A DNA stretch of 64,000 nt, taken from contig OY970399.1 of NCBI GenBank assembly GCA_963720545.1, forward strand, positions 2,592,001-2,656,000, read 5' to 3'. A program made the position numbers and the translations under genes. The notes below the pieces were generated by a model. It was not told the origin of the DNA. It made no database searches and saw nothing but the letters and a program-made list of their open reading frames with translations. Shown here piece after piece: positions 43,213 to 55,299 of this stretch (its first letter is position 1; every line of letters begins with the position of its first letter). The DNA is from an uncultured Acidobacteriota bacterium. GTDB taxonomy: Bacteria; Acidobacteriota; Vicinamibacteria; Fen-336.

Positions 43213-44490
43213 ATGCACCATCTTCTGCGCACCGACCCGCAGGTTGCCGGGGCGATCGTTGACGAGACCAGGCGCCAGGGCGAGCAGCTCGAGCTGATCG
43301 CGTCCGAGAACTTCGTTTCCGAGGCGGTGCTCGAGGCGCTCGGCACGACGCTCACGAACAAGTACGCCGAGGGCTATCCGGGCAAGCGCTACTACGGCGG
43401 CTGCGAGTTCGTGGACGTGGTCGAGAACCTGGCGATCGCCCGGGTGAAGGAGCTGTTCGGCTGCGATCACGCCAACGTCCAGCCGCATTCGGGCGCGCAG
43501 GCCAACACCTCGGTCTACATGACCGTGGCGCAGCCGGGCGACACCGTGCTCGGCATGAACCTGTCGCACGGCGGCCACCTGACCCACGGCCACCCGCTCA
43601 ACTTCTCCGGCAAGTTCTACAAGATCGTGCCCTACGGCGTGCGCAAGGAAGACGAACGCATCGACTACGACGCGATGCTGGCGCTCGCGAAGGAGCACCA
43701 GCCGAAGATGATCGTGGTGGGTGCCAGCGCCTACCCGCGCATCATCGACTTCGCCGCGGTGCGCCGCGCCGCGGACGCGTGCGGCGCCGCCATCATGGCC
43801 GACATCGCGCACATCGCCGGGCTGGTGGCGGTGGGGCTCCACCCCTCGCCCGTGCCGCACGCCGACTTCGTCACCACCACCACCCACAAGACGCTGCGCG
43901 GACCGCGCGGCGGCCTCGCCATGTGCACCGCCAAGTGGGCGAAGGACCTCGACCGCGTGGTGTTCCCCGGCGTGCAGGGCGGGCCGCTCATGCACGTCAT
44001 CGCCGCGAAGGCGGTCGCCTTCAAGGAAGCGCTCGAGCCTTCGTTCAAGGCCTACCAGCAGCAGATCCTGGCGAACGCCCAGGCGCTGGCCGCAGCACTT
44101 TCCGGCGAGGGCTGGCGGCTCGTTTCTGGCGGCACCGACAACCACCTCATCCTCATCGACGTGTTCGCGCGCGGCATCACCGGCAAGGCGGCGGAGGCGG
44201 CGCTCGAGAAGGCCGGCATCACCGTCAACAAGAACACCATCCCCTTCGACACCAACTCGCCGATGGTCGGCTCGGGCGTGCGCATCGGCACCCCGGCGCT
44301 CACCACCCGCGGCATGCGGCAGGCGGAGATGACGCAGGTCGGCCAGTTGATGTCGCGGGCACTGCAGTCGGCCGACAACGACACCGAGCTCGCGGCGGTG
44401 CGCGCCGAGGTGCATACGCTGTGCGCGCGCTTTCCGCTGTACGCCGAGCGCCTGGAGGCTTACGAGGCTGCTGCAACCGCACGCGCCTGA
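43213..44490 (+). CDS. glyA: Serine hydroxymethyltransferase
   Basis: [43 protein letters not shown]. Confidence 0.98.
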   Translation: MHHLLRTDPQVAGAIVDETRRQGEQLELIASENFVSEAVLEALGTTLTNKYAEGYPGKRYYGGCEFVDVVENLAIARVKELFGCDHANVQPHSGAQANTSVYMTVAQPGDTVLGMNLSHGGHLTHGHPLNFSGKFYKIVPYGVRKEDERIDYDAMLALAKEHQPKMIVVGASAYPRIIDFAAVRRAADACGAAIMADIAHIAGLVAVGLHPSPVPHADFVTTTTHKTLRGPRGGLAMCTAKWAKDLDRVVFPGVQGGPLMHVIAAKAVAFKEALEPSFKAYQQQILANAQALAAALSGEGWRLVSGGTDNHLILIDVFARGITGKAAEAALEKAGITVNKNTIPFDTNSPMVGSGVRIGTPALTTRGMRQAEMTQVGQLMSRALQSADNDTELAAVRAEVHTLCARFPLYAERLEAYEAAATARA

Positions 44491-44530
44491 GCAGGAGCAG
44501 GACCAGCACCAGCCTGCGCCGGGGGTAACG

Positions 44531-46442
<1,912 letters not shown>

Positions 46443-46446
46443 GCGC

Positions 46447-46863
46447 ATGTTCGAGGCGGCCTACGAAACGACGTTCTGCGCCACCCATCGCCTGACGCGC
46501 GGCGGCGAGTTTTTGGAGCCGCTGCACGGCCACGACTGGCGCGTCGAAGCGGTGGCGGCGAGCGACACCCTCGACGAGATCGGCGTCGTCATCGATTTCG
46601 AGCACCTGAAAAAGGCGGTGGGCGAGGTGGCGCGGCGCTTCCACTACGCGGACATCAACGCGCATCCCGACCTCGCCGGCCAGAGCCCCTCGGCGGAAGT
46701 CGTGGCGCGCTACTTCTTCGACTCGGTGCGAGCCCTCCTCGGCCAGGACGGCCGCCTGCTGCGCCGTGTCCGGGTCTGGGAAGCGCCCGGCTGCAGCGCC
46801 GTCTACGCCCCTGCCGCAGCCGCCGAAGAACCCGCAAAAAAAGCAGACGGCGTGCGAAACTAA
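46447..46863 (+). CDS. 6-pyruvoyl-tetrahydropterin synthase/QueD family protein (E-x2-HGH type)
   Basis: FCATHRL...EPLHGHDW, VIDF, PSAE..A, VRVWE. Confidence 0.88.
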   Translation: MFEAAYETTFCATHRLTRGGEFLEPLHGHDWRVEAVAASDTLDEIGVVIDFEHLKKAVGEVARRFHYADINAHPDLAGQSPSAEVVARYFFDSVRALLGQDGRLLRRVRVWEAPGCSAVYAPAAAAEEPAKKADGVRN

Positions 46864-46896
46864 CTGCATCCTATTTCCAGGAGGACTCAAGGCTTC

Positions 46897-47844
46897 ATGA
46901 GGAAAATTGCCTTCTATTCCACCCTTGCGATCGCAGCGCTCGGCTTTGCCGGCGGCGCTTTCGCCCAGACCGGCACCGCGCGCGGCAAGGTTCTTGACCA
47001 GGACAAGAAGCCCGTCGAAGCCGTCACCATCAAGATCGAATACCTCGGCGGCGTGACCCGCGCCTACGAGACGAAGACCAACAAGAAGGGCGAGTACACC
47101 CAGGTGGGCCTGCAGCCGGGCGACTACAAGGTCACGGCCAGCAAGGAGGCCTACCAGGGCGCCTTCGCCGAAGCCAAGATCAACCTCGGCGATCCCACGT
47201 ACCTGCCCGACCTCATCATCAACTCCGCCGCCGCCAAACAGGCCGAGGCGAACGCGGCCAACGAGGAGCTGCAGGCGCTCTTCAAGAAGGGCTACGAGGC
47301 CGCCCAGGCGCAGGACTTCGCGACCGCCGAGGCCGCCTACAAGGAAGCGATCGCGAAACAGCCGGAAATGGCGCAGGCCTACTTCAACCTCGGTTTCGTC
47401 TACGTGCAGAAGAAGGACTGGGCGAACGCCGAAGCGCAGCTCAATACCGCCTTGCAGAAGAAGCCCGACTACGACGCCGCCCAGTCGCTGCTCGCGACCG
47501 TCTACACCGCCAGCGGACAGACGGAGAAGGCGAACGCGATCATCTCGACCAGCAAGGACCCGAAGCTGCTGCTCGACGTGGGCGTCGGCTTCCTCAACAG
47601 CTCCAAGGCCGCCGAGGCGCGCGAGGTGTTCCTGAAGGCCGAGGCCGCCGACCCGAGCCTCTCCGAGGTCCAGTACCTGCTCGGCAATGCGGCGCTGCAG
47701 ATGGGCGACTACGCCGAGGCAGTGACGCGCTGGGAGAAGTACCTGGCGATGAACCCGACGAACGTCCAGTACAAGGAAGCGGCGGAGAAGATGCTTCCCG
47801 ACATCAGGAAGGCCGCCGCGGCGCCGAAGCAGCCGCAGCAGTAG
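46897..47844 (+). CDS. Secreted TPR protein with N-terminal carboxypeptidase-regulatory-like domain
   Basis: GGAGG upstream, signal peptide, GKVLDQDKKPV...TNKKGEY..GLQPGDY, several TPR repeats. Confidence 0.85.
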   Translation: MRKIAFYSTLAIAALGFAGGAFAQTGTARGKVLDQDKKPVEAVTIKIEYLGGVTRAYETKTNKKGEYTQVGLQPGDYKVTASKEAYQGAFAEAKINLGDPTYLPDLIINSAAAKQAEANAANEELQALFKKGYEAAQAQDFATAEAAYKEAIAKQPEMAQAYFNLGFVYVQKKDWANAEAQLNTALQKKPDYDAAQSLLATVYTASGQTEKANAIISTSKDPKLLLDVGVGFLNSSKAAEAREVFLKAEAADPSLSEVQYLLGNAALQMGDYAEAVTRWEKYLAMNPTNVQYKEAAEKMLPDIRKAAAAPKQPQQ

Positions 47845-47849
47845 GAGCC

Positions 47850-48550
47850 ATACGACAAGCCTTCCTGAAGCGCTCGCGGCGGTTCGCGAGCGCGTGGCCG
47901 CGGCCGCCCGCGCGTCGGGCCGCCGCGCCGAGGACGTGACGCTCATCGCCGTCACCAAGACGCATCCGGCCGAGACGGTGCGCGCGGCGTTCGACCTCGG
48001 TGTGCGTGACTTCGGCGAGAACAAGGTGCAGGAAGCGGAAGGCAAGCTCACCGGGCTTGCCGACCTGCGCGCGGGCGATGCCCGGTTTCACCTCATCGGC
48101 CACCTGCAGTCGAACAAGGCGAAGAAGTCCGTCGAGATCTTCGACTCGGTGCAGTCGCTCGACAGCGTCGAGCTCGCGCGCCGCCTGCACCGCTTCGCCG
48201 TGCAGCAGGACAAGGTGCTGCCGGTGATGATCGAGGTGGACATCGCCGGCGAGGAAACGAAGAGCGGCGTCCCGGAAAAAGAGCTGCTGCCGCTCCTCGA
48301 ACAGGTGCGCGCGCTGAACGCGCTGCGGCTCGACGGACTGATGATCGTGCCGCCTTACAGCGACGACGCCGAGGACACGCGTCCTTACTTCGCGCGGCTG
48401 CGGGCGCTGCGCGACGCCGCCTTGCAGCGCGAACTGCTGGACGGCGGCGCACTCTCGATGGGCATGAGCCACGACTACGCCGTGGCGATCGAGGAAGGCG
48501 CCACCCACGTGCGCGTCGGCACCGCTCTGTTCGGCGCGCGTCCTCGTTAG
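47850..48550 (+). CDS. yggS: PLP homeostasis protein YggS
   Basis: IAVTKT, FGENKVQE, HLIGHLQSNK, SMGMSHDY, VRVGTALFG. Behind the GGAG RBS the sequence reads AT-ACG, suggesting an ATG missing one G; the next in-frame start is GTG 47894. Confidence 0.93.
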
Positions 48551-48552
48551 TG

Positions 48553-49287
48553 CTAGTGCACCCAGCCCGAGTCGCCGTTGCCTTTTTTCTTCTTCTCGAC
48601 CATCTTCAGGTGTGACGGGCGGCGCGCGCTGCGCAGCAGCCGCGACATGTTCCAGCGCACCAGCAGGTTGTTGAAGGACCGCACGTAGAAGAGCGACGCG
48701 CCGATCGCGGCGAAGTGGGGAACGTAGAGCGCGACGCCGGAGAGGAGCGCGAAGAGCAGCGTGCCGGCGAGCGTCAGGATGACGAGCGTGCGGCCCTGCA
48801 CCGGCAGCACGAAATAGAGGAGCAGCTGGCGCGTGGGGAAGAGTGTCGCCCAGGCGACGATCAGCCCTTCGACCACCGGCCAGGTGCTGAGGTAGCGCAT
48901 CGCGCCGAGGTCGCGCCACACGAGCGAAACGAGGAGGGTGGCGGCGGCCGCCACGATGCCGATGCCGGCATAAAAGGCGAGGAAGCGGCGCGGGCCCCAC
49001 GCCGCAACCAGGTCGCGGCCGAGGAACGCGAGCACCAGGATGCTGAAGATGAGGCCCAGCGGGTCGAGCTCGAAGAAGCACCAGCTGACGGCCCGCCACA
49101 CCTCGCCGCGCAGCAGCAGCGCCGGCACCAGAGCGACCTGGTCGAGGAGCGGCAGCGAGGCGCCGCGGCCGGCCACGGCCAGGACCACGGATGCCGCGAC
49201 GATGAAGCCGCACAGCCACACGATTGCCGCGGGAAACGGCGCGCCGAGGATCCAGACGGTCCGGCGCGCGGGGGACGAGGGAGCCAT
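48553..49287 (-). CDS. Rhomboid-superfamily membrane protein (no GxS motif visible)
   Basis: GEVWR loop, 'DLVAAWGPRRFLAFY', about 6 TM helices, C-terminal 'WVH'. Confidence 0.7.
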   Translation of the reverse strand: MAPSSPARRTVWILGAPFPAAIVWLCGFIVAASVVLAVAGRGASLPLLDQVALVPALLLRGEVWRAVSWCFFELDPLGLIFSILVLAFLGRDLVAAWGPRRFLAFYAGIGIVAAAATLLVSLVWRDLGAMRYLSTWPVVEGLIVAWATLFPTRQLLLYFVLPVQGRTLVILTLAGTLLFALLSGVALYVPHFAAIGASLFYVRSFNNLLVRWNMSRLLRSARRPSHLKMVEKKKKGNGDSGWVH

Positions 49288-49304
49288 TCCCAAGCGTAAC
49301 CTCG

Positions 49305-50600
49305 TTAGAAGCCGGCGCGCAGCGTGACCAGCACCTCGTCGGGATGCAGGCTGCGGCCGTCCACCTGCATGTCGTGGCGCGAATATTCGAGCGTCACGTC
49401 GGTGCCCTTCGCGACCCCGACGCGCAGGCCCAGGTCGAGCTTGCGCCAGTCCCAGCCGACGGACGGCCCGGGATAGGCGTCGGGCGTCGTCCAGTCGTTG
49501 TCGATCCGCGAGAAACGCACGACCGGCTGCAGCAGGTGGCCGCGCGGCTCGAAGCGCCACGCGAACTCGGCCTCGAAGCCCGAGCGCGGCAGGCCGGCAA
49601 TCTCCTGGTCCACCCACTGCCCGAAGAAGCGCAAGCCGCCGGCACGCGCCTCCGCGTTCACGCCCCATTCGCGCTTGCGGTCGCCGCGAAACGGCAGCGG
49701 CTGGCCGTTGCCGCGCAGGAGCTGCAGGTCGCCGCTGTAGGTGGTGCCGGGCAGGTCCACGCGGTCTTGCAGGCGCCGCGCGAAGTACCAGCCGAAAATG
49801 TCCACCGCCCGCTCGAGCCCGCCGCCTTTCACCCCGATGCCGCCGCCCCACTCGAAACGGCCCGACAGCGACGCGCCGGGACGCTGCGCGTCATAGAGGA
49901 CGGGGAAGCCCGACTGGTGGATCGGGAAGACGTTGCCGGGCTGGCGCTGCGGCGTGCCGTTGTCGCCGGCAAGGGCGTTCGTGTCGCGAAAGAAGACCGG
50001 GTTGCCGTTCGCCAGCATCGCGCGCCAGTAGAACCGGCCGTTCACGACACCGCCAGCCTGCACCTGCGGCTCCTCGAACCGGCCGACCGCGGTGCCCCAC
50101 AAGCCGTAGCTCTCGAGGCGCCGGCGCACCTGCTTGGTGAAGCGTGGCGCGAGGCCGGCGGTGAGGTAGAGCGAGCTGCCTTCGGCGTCACCGACCGCCA
50201 GCGGCTCGACCGCGGGGCCGATGCGCACGAACGCCTCGCGCAGCTTGAAGCGGTCGTCGGCAGAGGTCGGGTTCCGGTTGTAGAAGTCGCGCACGTGCAC
50301 CTCGATGCGCAGGAACACGTTGTGAAAAACGTCGCCTTCGGCGTGCAGGTTTAGGGTCGACACCTCGAACGCGCGGCCCGGCTCCACGGTGCGCAGGAAG
50401 ACTTTGTCCTGGCCCGGCGGCAGGAAGTTCGGCGGGAACGGGAAATGGTCTTCGACGGCGACGTCGTGCGAATCGCGGTAGTGCGCCTTCACTTCCGCGC
50501 CGAAGCGGAAAGGCTGACGGACGGCGAGCTGGGCCGCGGCCGGAGATGCCGCGAGCAGCGAACCGAGAAGCGCCGCGCCGACGCTCCGCGGCCGGCTCAC
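49305..50600 (-). CDS. Putative outer-membrane beta-barrel protein
   Basis: GTGA overlap with tkt; signal peptide; alternating aromatic beta-strands; C-terminal 'VTLRAGF' (terminal Phe). Confidence 0.65.
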   Translation of the reverse strand: MSRPRSVGAALLGSLLAASPAAAQLAVRQPFRFGAEVKAHYRDSHDVAVEDHFPFPPNFLPPGQDKVFLRTVEPGRAFEVSTLNLHAEGDVFHNVFLRIEVHVRDFYNRNPTSADDRFKLREAFVRIGPAVEPLAVGDAEGSSLYLTAGLAPRFTKQVRRRLESYGLWGTAVGRFEEPQVQAGGVVNGRFYWRAMLANGNPVFFRDTNALAGDNGTPQRQPGNVFPIHQSGFPVLYDAQRPGASLSGRFEWGGGIGVKGGGLERAVDIFGWYFARRLQDRVDLPGTTYSGDLQLLRGNGQPLPFRGDRKREWGVNAEARAGGLRFFGQWVDQEIAGLPRSGFEAEFAWRFEPRGHLLQPVVRFSRIDNDWTTPDAYPGPSVGWDWRKLDLGLRVGVAKGTDVTLEYSRHDMQVDGRSLHPDEVLVTLRAGF

Positions 50601-52423
50601 CGCGCCTTGCGCACGGCCTTGATGATGGCGTCCTTCGTCAGGCCATGGGCGGCCATCAGCTCTTCCGGCTTGCCCGAGCGCGGAGTGGTGCGCACGCCGA
50701 GGATCTCGACCGGACAGCCGCCGGCCACCGCGGCCAGGACGGCCTCGCCGATGCCGCCGCACACCGAGTGGTCCTCGACCGTGATGATGCGCCCGGTCTC
50801 CCGGCAGGCGGCGACCAATGTCGGCGCATCGAGCGGCTTTACCGAGTAGAGGTCGATGACGCGGACGTGGACGCCCTCCGCCGCGAGCGCGTCGGCTGCG
50901 TCGAGCGCCTCGAACAGCGTGACGCCTGCGGCGACGATCGTGGCAGTGTCGTTGTCGCTGCGGCGCAGCGTCTTCGAGCCGCCGACCGGGAAGGTCGCGG
51001 CGTTGTCGTAGATGACCTTCGTCTTGGGCCGGGAGGTGCGGATGTAGACGAGACCCGGGGTGCGCGCCGCGGTTTCCACGATCCGCTCGGCGCTCACCGC
51101 ATCGGCGGGGTAGAGGACCGTGCTGTCGACCAGCGCGCGCATCATGGCGAGGTCCTCGAGCGCCATCTGCGACGGCCCGTCCTCGCCGATCGAGACGCCG
51201 GAGTGCGAGCCGCAAACCACCAGGTGCGGCGGCTTCGAGTACGCCGCCATGCGCAGGAAATCGTAGGCGCGCGTCAGGAAACACGCGAACGTGGACGCGA
51301 ACGGGATCTTGCCCTCGGTGGCCATGCCGAGCGCCACCCCGATCATGTTCTGCTCGGCGATGTACCCTTCGACGAATTGATCGGGCGCGGCCGCCTTCAG
51401 CTTTTCCGCGAAGGTCGAGTTCTTGGTGTCGCCGTCGATCGCCACCACGTCGCGCGACTGCTTCGCCAGCGCCGCGATCGCCGTGCCGTAGGCCTCGCGG
51501 GTCGCGACCTCCTGGCCCTTCTGGTACGCGGGCGCCGCCTGCAGCGCGGGCTGCGCGCGCCAGGTGACCGCGGTGTAGCGCCGCGGCTCGACCTTGATCT
51601 CGACATCGGTGTCGCCGAGCTCGGCGACGGCGCGCTCCATTTCTTCGCCCTTCTTGAACGGCTTGCCGTGCCAACCCTCCTTGTCCTCGACGAAGGAGAC
51701 GCCCTTGCCCTTGAGCGTGCGGCACACGAGCGCAAACGGCTTGCCGGCGCTGGCGCGCGCACGTTTGAACGCCTCGCGCAGCGCGCGCACGTCGTGGCCG
51801 TCCACCGCCGCCAACTCGAAGCCGCTGGCGCGCAGCCGCGATTCGTAGGCCGAGAGGTCGTGCTCGAACATCGTCGGGCCGCTCTGGCCGAGGCGGTTCA
51901 CGTCCACGATGGCGCACAGGTTGTCCAGGCCCTGGTGCGCGGCGAAAGACGCCGCTTCCCACACCGAGCCCTCGGCCATCTCGCCGTCGCCGAGGAGCGC
52001 ATAGACGCGCGCCGGAGTGTGGTCGAGCTTGCGTGCCTTGGCCATGCCGGCCGCCGCCGACAAGCCCTGGCCAAGAGAGCCAGTGGCGACGCGCACCCAC
52101 GGCATGCGCGCCGTCGGGTGGCCCTCGAGCCGGCTGGTGTATTGGCGCAATGTCAGCAGGTCGTCGTCGATCGCTCCCGCCTCTTTGAGCGCTGCCCACA
52201 GGATCGGCGCGGCGTGACCCTTCGACAGCACCAGCACGTCGGCGTCGCGGCCGCTCGGGTCGCGCGGATCGAAGCGCATTTCGTCGAAGAACAGCACCGA
52301 CATGATCTCGGCGGCCGACATGCACGTGGTCGGATGGCCGGAGCCGGCTGCCGTTGTGGCTTCGATGGAATGTCGGCGCAGCTTCTGCGCCATGCGCGCA
52401 AGCGTCTGGTTTTCTACCAGCAT
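50597..52423 (-). CDS. tkt: Transketolase (single-chain, ~608 aa)
   Basis: SGHPT, SKGHAAP, LEGHP, TGSLGQG, GDGE..EG..WEA, IAEQNM, GEDGPSQ. Confidence 0.95.
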   Translation of the reverse strand: MLVENQTLARMAQKLRRHSIEATTAAGSGHPTTCMSAAEIMSVLFFDEMRFDPRDPSGRDADVLVLSKGHAAPILWAALKEAGAIDDDLLTLRQYTSRLEGHPTARMPWVRVATGSLGQGLSAAAGMAKARKLDHTPARVYALLGDGEMAEGSVWEAASFAAHQGLDNLCAIVDVNRLGQSGPTMFEHDLSAYESRLRASGFELAAVDGHDVRALREAFKRARASAGKPFALVCRTLKGKGVSFVEDKEGWHGKPFKKGEEMERAVAELGDTDVEIKVEPRRYTAVTWRAQPALQAAPAYQKGQEVATREAYGTAIAALAKQSRDVVAIDGDTKNSTFAEKLKAAAPDQFVEGYIAEQNMIGVALGMATEGKIPFASTFACFLTRAYDFLRMAAYSKPPHLVVCGSHSGVSIGEDGPSQMALEDLAMMRALVDSTVLYPADAVSAERIVETAARTPGLVYIRTSRPKTKVIYDNAATFPVGGSKTLRRSDNDTATIVAAGVTLFEALDAADALAAEGVHVRVIDLYSVKPLDAPTLVAACRETGRIITVEDHSVCGGIGEAVLAAVAGGCPVEILGVRTTPRSGKPEELMAAHGLTKDAIIKAVRKAR

Positions 52424-52540
52424 CAGGGAGGGGTCTCCGGTGGAACGGTTGATCGAGCAGCGATTCTGCGTTGGGGCACGCCGATGGTCAACCGCTTTCT
52501 GCGCTTGTTGCCGCAGCGGACTTGGGGGAGCATCGTGTCC

Positions 52541-54070
52541 ATGACCACCGACGCGGCCGCGCAGGTAATCGCCTATCCTGCGCCCGGCGCGCGCGCAACG
52601 TCGTCCGGCGATGAGCCCCTGCCGCCGCACGTCATCACCTTGTTCGGCGCCACCGGCGACTTGTCGCGGCGCCGACTGCTGCCCGGGCTCGCGCACCTCT
52701 CGCTCTCGGCGCTGGCGCCCGACATCCAGGTGGTCGCGACCTCGCTCGACGACCTCGACAACGAGCAGTTCCGCAAGTTGGTCTCGCAGGCGATGCGCGA
52801 GTTCAGCCACCGCCAGCTGGAGCGTGACCAATGGCACCGCTTCGCCGAGCGCGTCAACTACGTGCCGGCGAGCCGCGGCGCGGCCGGCCTCGCAGCCGCG
52901 GTGGCGTCGGCAGAGGCGAAGCTCGGTCCCCAGGCGCAGCGCCTGCACTACCTGAGCGTGCCGCCGGCAGCGGCGCCGGTGGTCATCCAGACGCTGCGCG
53001 AGGCAGCGCTGGTCGCGCGCGCCCGCGTCATCATGGAGAAGCCGTTCGGCACCGACCTGCGAAGCGCCATCACGCTCAACGACCGGGTGCACGAGACCTT
53101 CGCCGAGTCGCAGATCTTCCGCATCGACCACTTCCTCGGCAAGGAAGCGGCGCAGAACATCCTCGCGTTCCGCTTCGCGAACGGCCTGTTCGAGCCCATC
53201 TGGAACCGCAACTTCATCGACCACGTCCAGATCGACATCCCCGAGACGCTCGGCCTCGACCTGCGCGCCAACTTCTACGAAGCGACCGGCGCCTACAAGG
53301 ACATGGTGGTGACGCACCTCTTCCAGGTGCTCGCGTTCGTCGCGATGGAGCCGCCCACCGCGCTCGAGCCGCGCGCCATCAGCGAAGAGAAGAACAAGGT
53401 GTTCCGCTCGCTGCTGCCGATCGACCCAGGCGACGTGGTGCGCGGGCAGTACTCGGGCTACCGCGAAGAGAAGGGCGTCGCGCGCGACTCCGACACCGAG
53501 ACCTTCATCGCGCTGCGGGTCGGCCTCGACAACTGGCGTTGGGCCGGCGTGCCTTTCTACCTGCGCACCGGCAAGCGCATGGCCGAGGGCCAGCGCATCA
53601 TCTCGATCGCGTTCAAGGAAGCGCCGCGCACCATGTTCCCGGTGGGTTCGGGCGTTGGCGCGTCGGGTCCGGACCACCTCACCTTCGATCTGGCCGACGA
53701 GTCGAAGGTGTCGCTGTCTTTCTACGGCAAGCGGCCTGGGCCGGGCATGCGGCTCGAGAAGCTCAGCATGCAGTTCTCGACGCAGGAAACGGATCGCGCC
53801 GGCGACGTGCTCGAAGCCTACGAGCGGCTGATCCTCGACGCGATGCGCGGCGACCACACGCTCTTCACCACGGCGGAAGGCATCGAGTCGCTGTGGGAGC
53901 GCTCCGTCCCGCTGCTGCGCAACCCGCCGCCGGTGAAGCCGTACGCGCCGGGCTCGTGGGGACCGAACGCCATCCACCAGCTGGTGGCGCCGCACGCGTG
54001 GCGGTTGCCGTTCGAGCGCGCCTGGCGCACGCGCAAGGCCGAGCCCGAGCCCGAGACGCCGCTCACCTAG
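52541..54070 (+). CDS. zwf: Glucose-6-phosphate 1-dehydrogenase
   Basis: GATGDL, EKPFG, RIDHFLGKE, RWAGVPFYLRTGKR, EAYERL. Confidence 0.96.
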   Translation: MTTDAAAQVIAYPAPGARATSSGDEPLPPHVITLFGATGDLSRRRLLPGLAHLSLSALAPDIQVVATSLDDLDNEQFRKLVSQAMREFSHRQLERDQWHRFAERVNYVPASRGAAGLAAAVASAEAKLGPQAQRLHYLSVPPAAAPVVIQTLREAALVARARVIMEKPFGTDLRSAITLNDRVHETFAESQIFRIDHFLGKEAAQNILAFRFANGLFEPIWNRNFIDHVQIDIPETLGLDLRANFYEATGAYKDMVVTHLFQVLAFVAMEPPTALEPRAISEEKNKVFRSLLPIDPGDVVRGQYSGYREEKGVARDSDTETFIALRVGLDNWRWAGVPFYLRTGKRMAEGQRIISIAFKEAPRTMFPVGSGVGASGPDHLTFDLADESKVSLSFYGKRPGPGMRLEKLSMQFSTQETDRAGDVLEAYERLILDAMRGDHTLFTTAEGIESLWERSVPLLRNPPPVKPYAPGSWGPNAIHQLVAPHAWRLPFERAWRTRKAEPEPETPLT

Positions 54071-55284
54071 CCGAGGCGCTTCACCACCACCACCGTGGCG
54101 TCGTCGTCCCAGGGCCGTGACAAGCCGTGGAGCTTCGACGCCTCGAACAGCCGCTCGGTGATCTCGCGGGCGCTGCGGTCGAGCGACGCGTTCACGACGC
54201 GCTCGACACCGTCGGTGCCGAAGAACTCGCCCTTGCGGTCGCCGCGCTCGACGATGCCGTCGGTGACCATCACCAGCACGTCGCCGGGCTCGAGCTTCAC
54301 GAAGCCGCGGCTGAACGCCACCTCGGGCAGCGGGCCGATGACGGTGCCGCCGATCGTGAGCTCCTGCACTGGCCCGCGCGTGAACAGCATCGGCGGCTGG
54401 TGTCCGGCGTTCGAGTAGATGAGGTTGCCGCCGGGCTCGAGCTCGCCGTAGAAGACCGAAATGAAGCGGCTCGACAGCGCGCTGCGGTGGATCACCTTGT
54501 TGAGCTTGGAGAGGACGTGGGTGATCTTCAGCTCCTTCTCGAGGCCCATGCGCAGGCCGGTCACGACATCGCGCACCAGCAGCGCCGCCGGCAGCCCGTG
54601 GCCGCTGGCGTCGCCGACCGCGATGCCCAGAAGCTCGGGGCCAAGCGGCAGGAAGTCGTAGAAGTCGCCGCCCACCTCTTCGGTGGGCTGGGTGCGGCAG
54701 CCGATCTCGTAGCCGGGGAAGTCGGGCGGCTCGAGCAGCAGGCTCGCCTGGATCTTCGCCGCTTCCTTGAAGCTGCCGCGCACGCGCTCGTCGCCGATGC
54801 GCGCGCCGAGCGCCGAGCGGATGGTGTTGAGGGCGAAGTCGAGCTCCTCGCGCACCCAGCCGAAGTCGAGGAAGAAGAGCACCACGTCGCGCCGCGGCCG
54901 CCGGCCGACCACGAAGCCGGCGGCGGCCACCGTCGGCTGCAGGCCGAGCGGTGTGGTCGCCGCGCTGGCGTTGTCGAAGAGAAACACGCCGTGCTGCAGG
55001 ACTTGCGCGAGCGGCGGGCTGTCGGGGTCGAGGGTGTCGAGCGGCGGCGCCGGCAGCGTGCCGACCGTCTTCACGATCGCAAAGCTCTCGCGGCCCTCGC
55101 GGTACAGCACCCCGGCGCGCAGCCGCAGGTCCTCACGAAAGGTCTGGAAGGCTTCCTCGATGAACTGCTTCAGCACCTCTTTCGAGGCCCGCCGGGTCTC
55201 GAGCGTGCCCAGCAGGCTGTCGAGCCGGCGGTAGAGAAGCTTCGGGTCGAGGTGCCTGGGCGAAGAAGCGGACATCGAAGGCAA
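54067..55284 (-). CDS. PP2C/SpoIIE (RsbU-like) Ser/Thr phosphatase
   Basis: VGGDFYD, GDASGHG, NAGH, TDGIVE, DDAT. Confidence 0.92.
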   Translation of the reverse strand: MPSMSASSPRHLDPKLLYRRLDSLLGTLETRRASKEVLKQFIEEAFQTFREDLRLRAGVLYREGRESFAIVKTVGTLPAPPLDTLDPDSPPLAQVLQHGVFLFDNASAATTPLGLQPTVAAAGFVVGRRPRRDVVLFFLDFGWVREELDFALNTIRSALGARIGDERVRGSFKEAAKIQASLLLEPPDFPGYEIGCRTQPTEEVGGDFYDFLPLGPELLGIAVGDASGHGLPAALLVRDVVTGLRMGLEKELKITHVLSKLNKVIHRSALSSRFISVFYGELEPGGNLIYSNAGHQPPMLFTRGPVQELTIGGTVIGPLPEVAFSRGFVKLEPGDVLVMVTDGIVERGDRKGEFFGTDGVERVVNASLDRSAREITERLFEASKLHGLSRPWDDDATVVVVKRLG

Positions 55285-55299
55285 CGATGGTAGCGGAAT

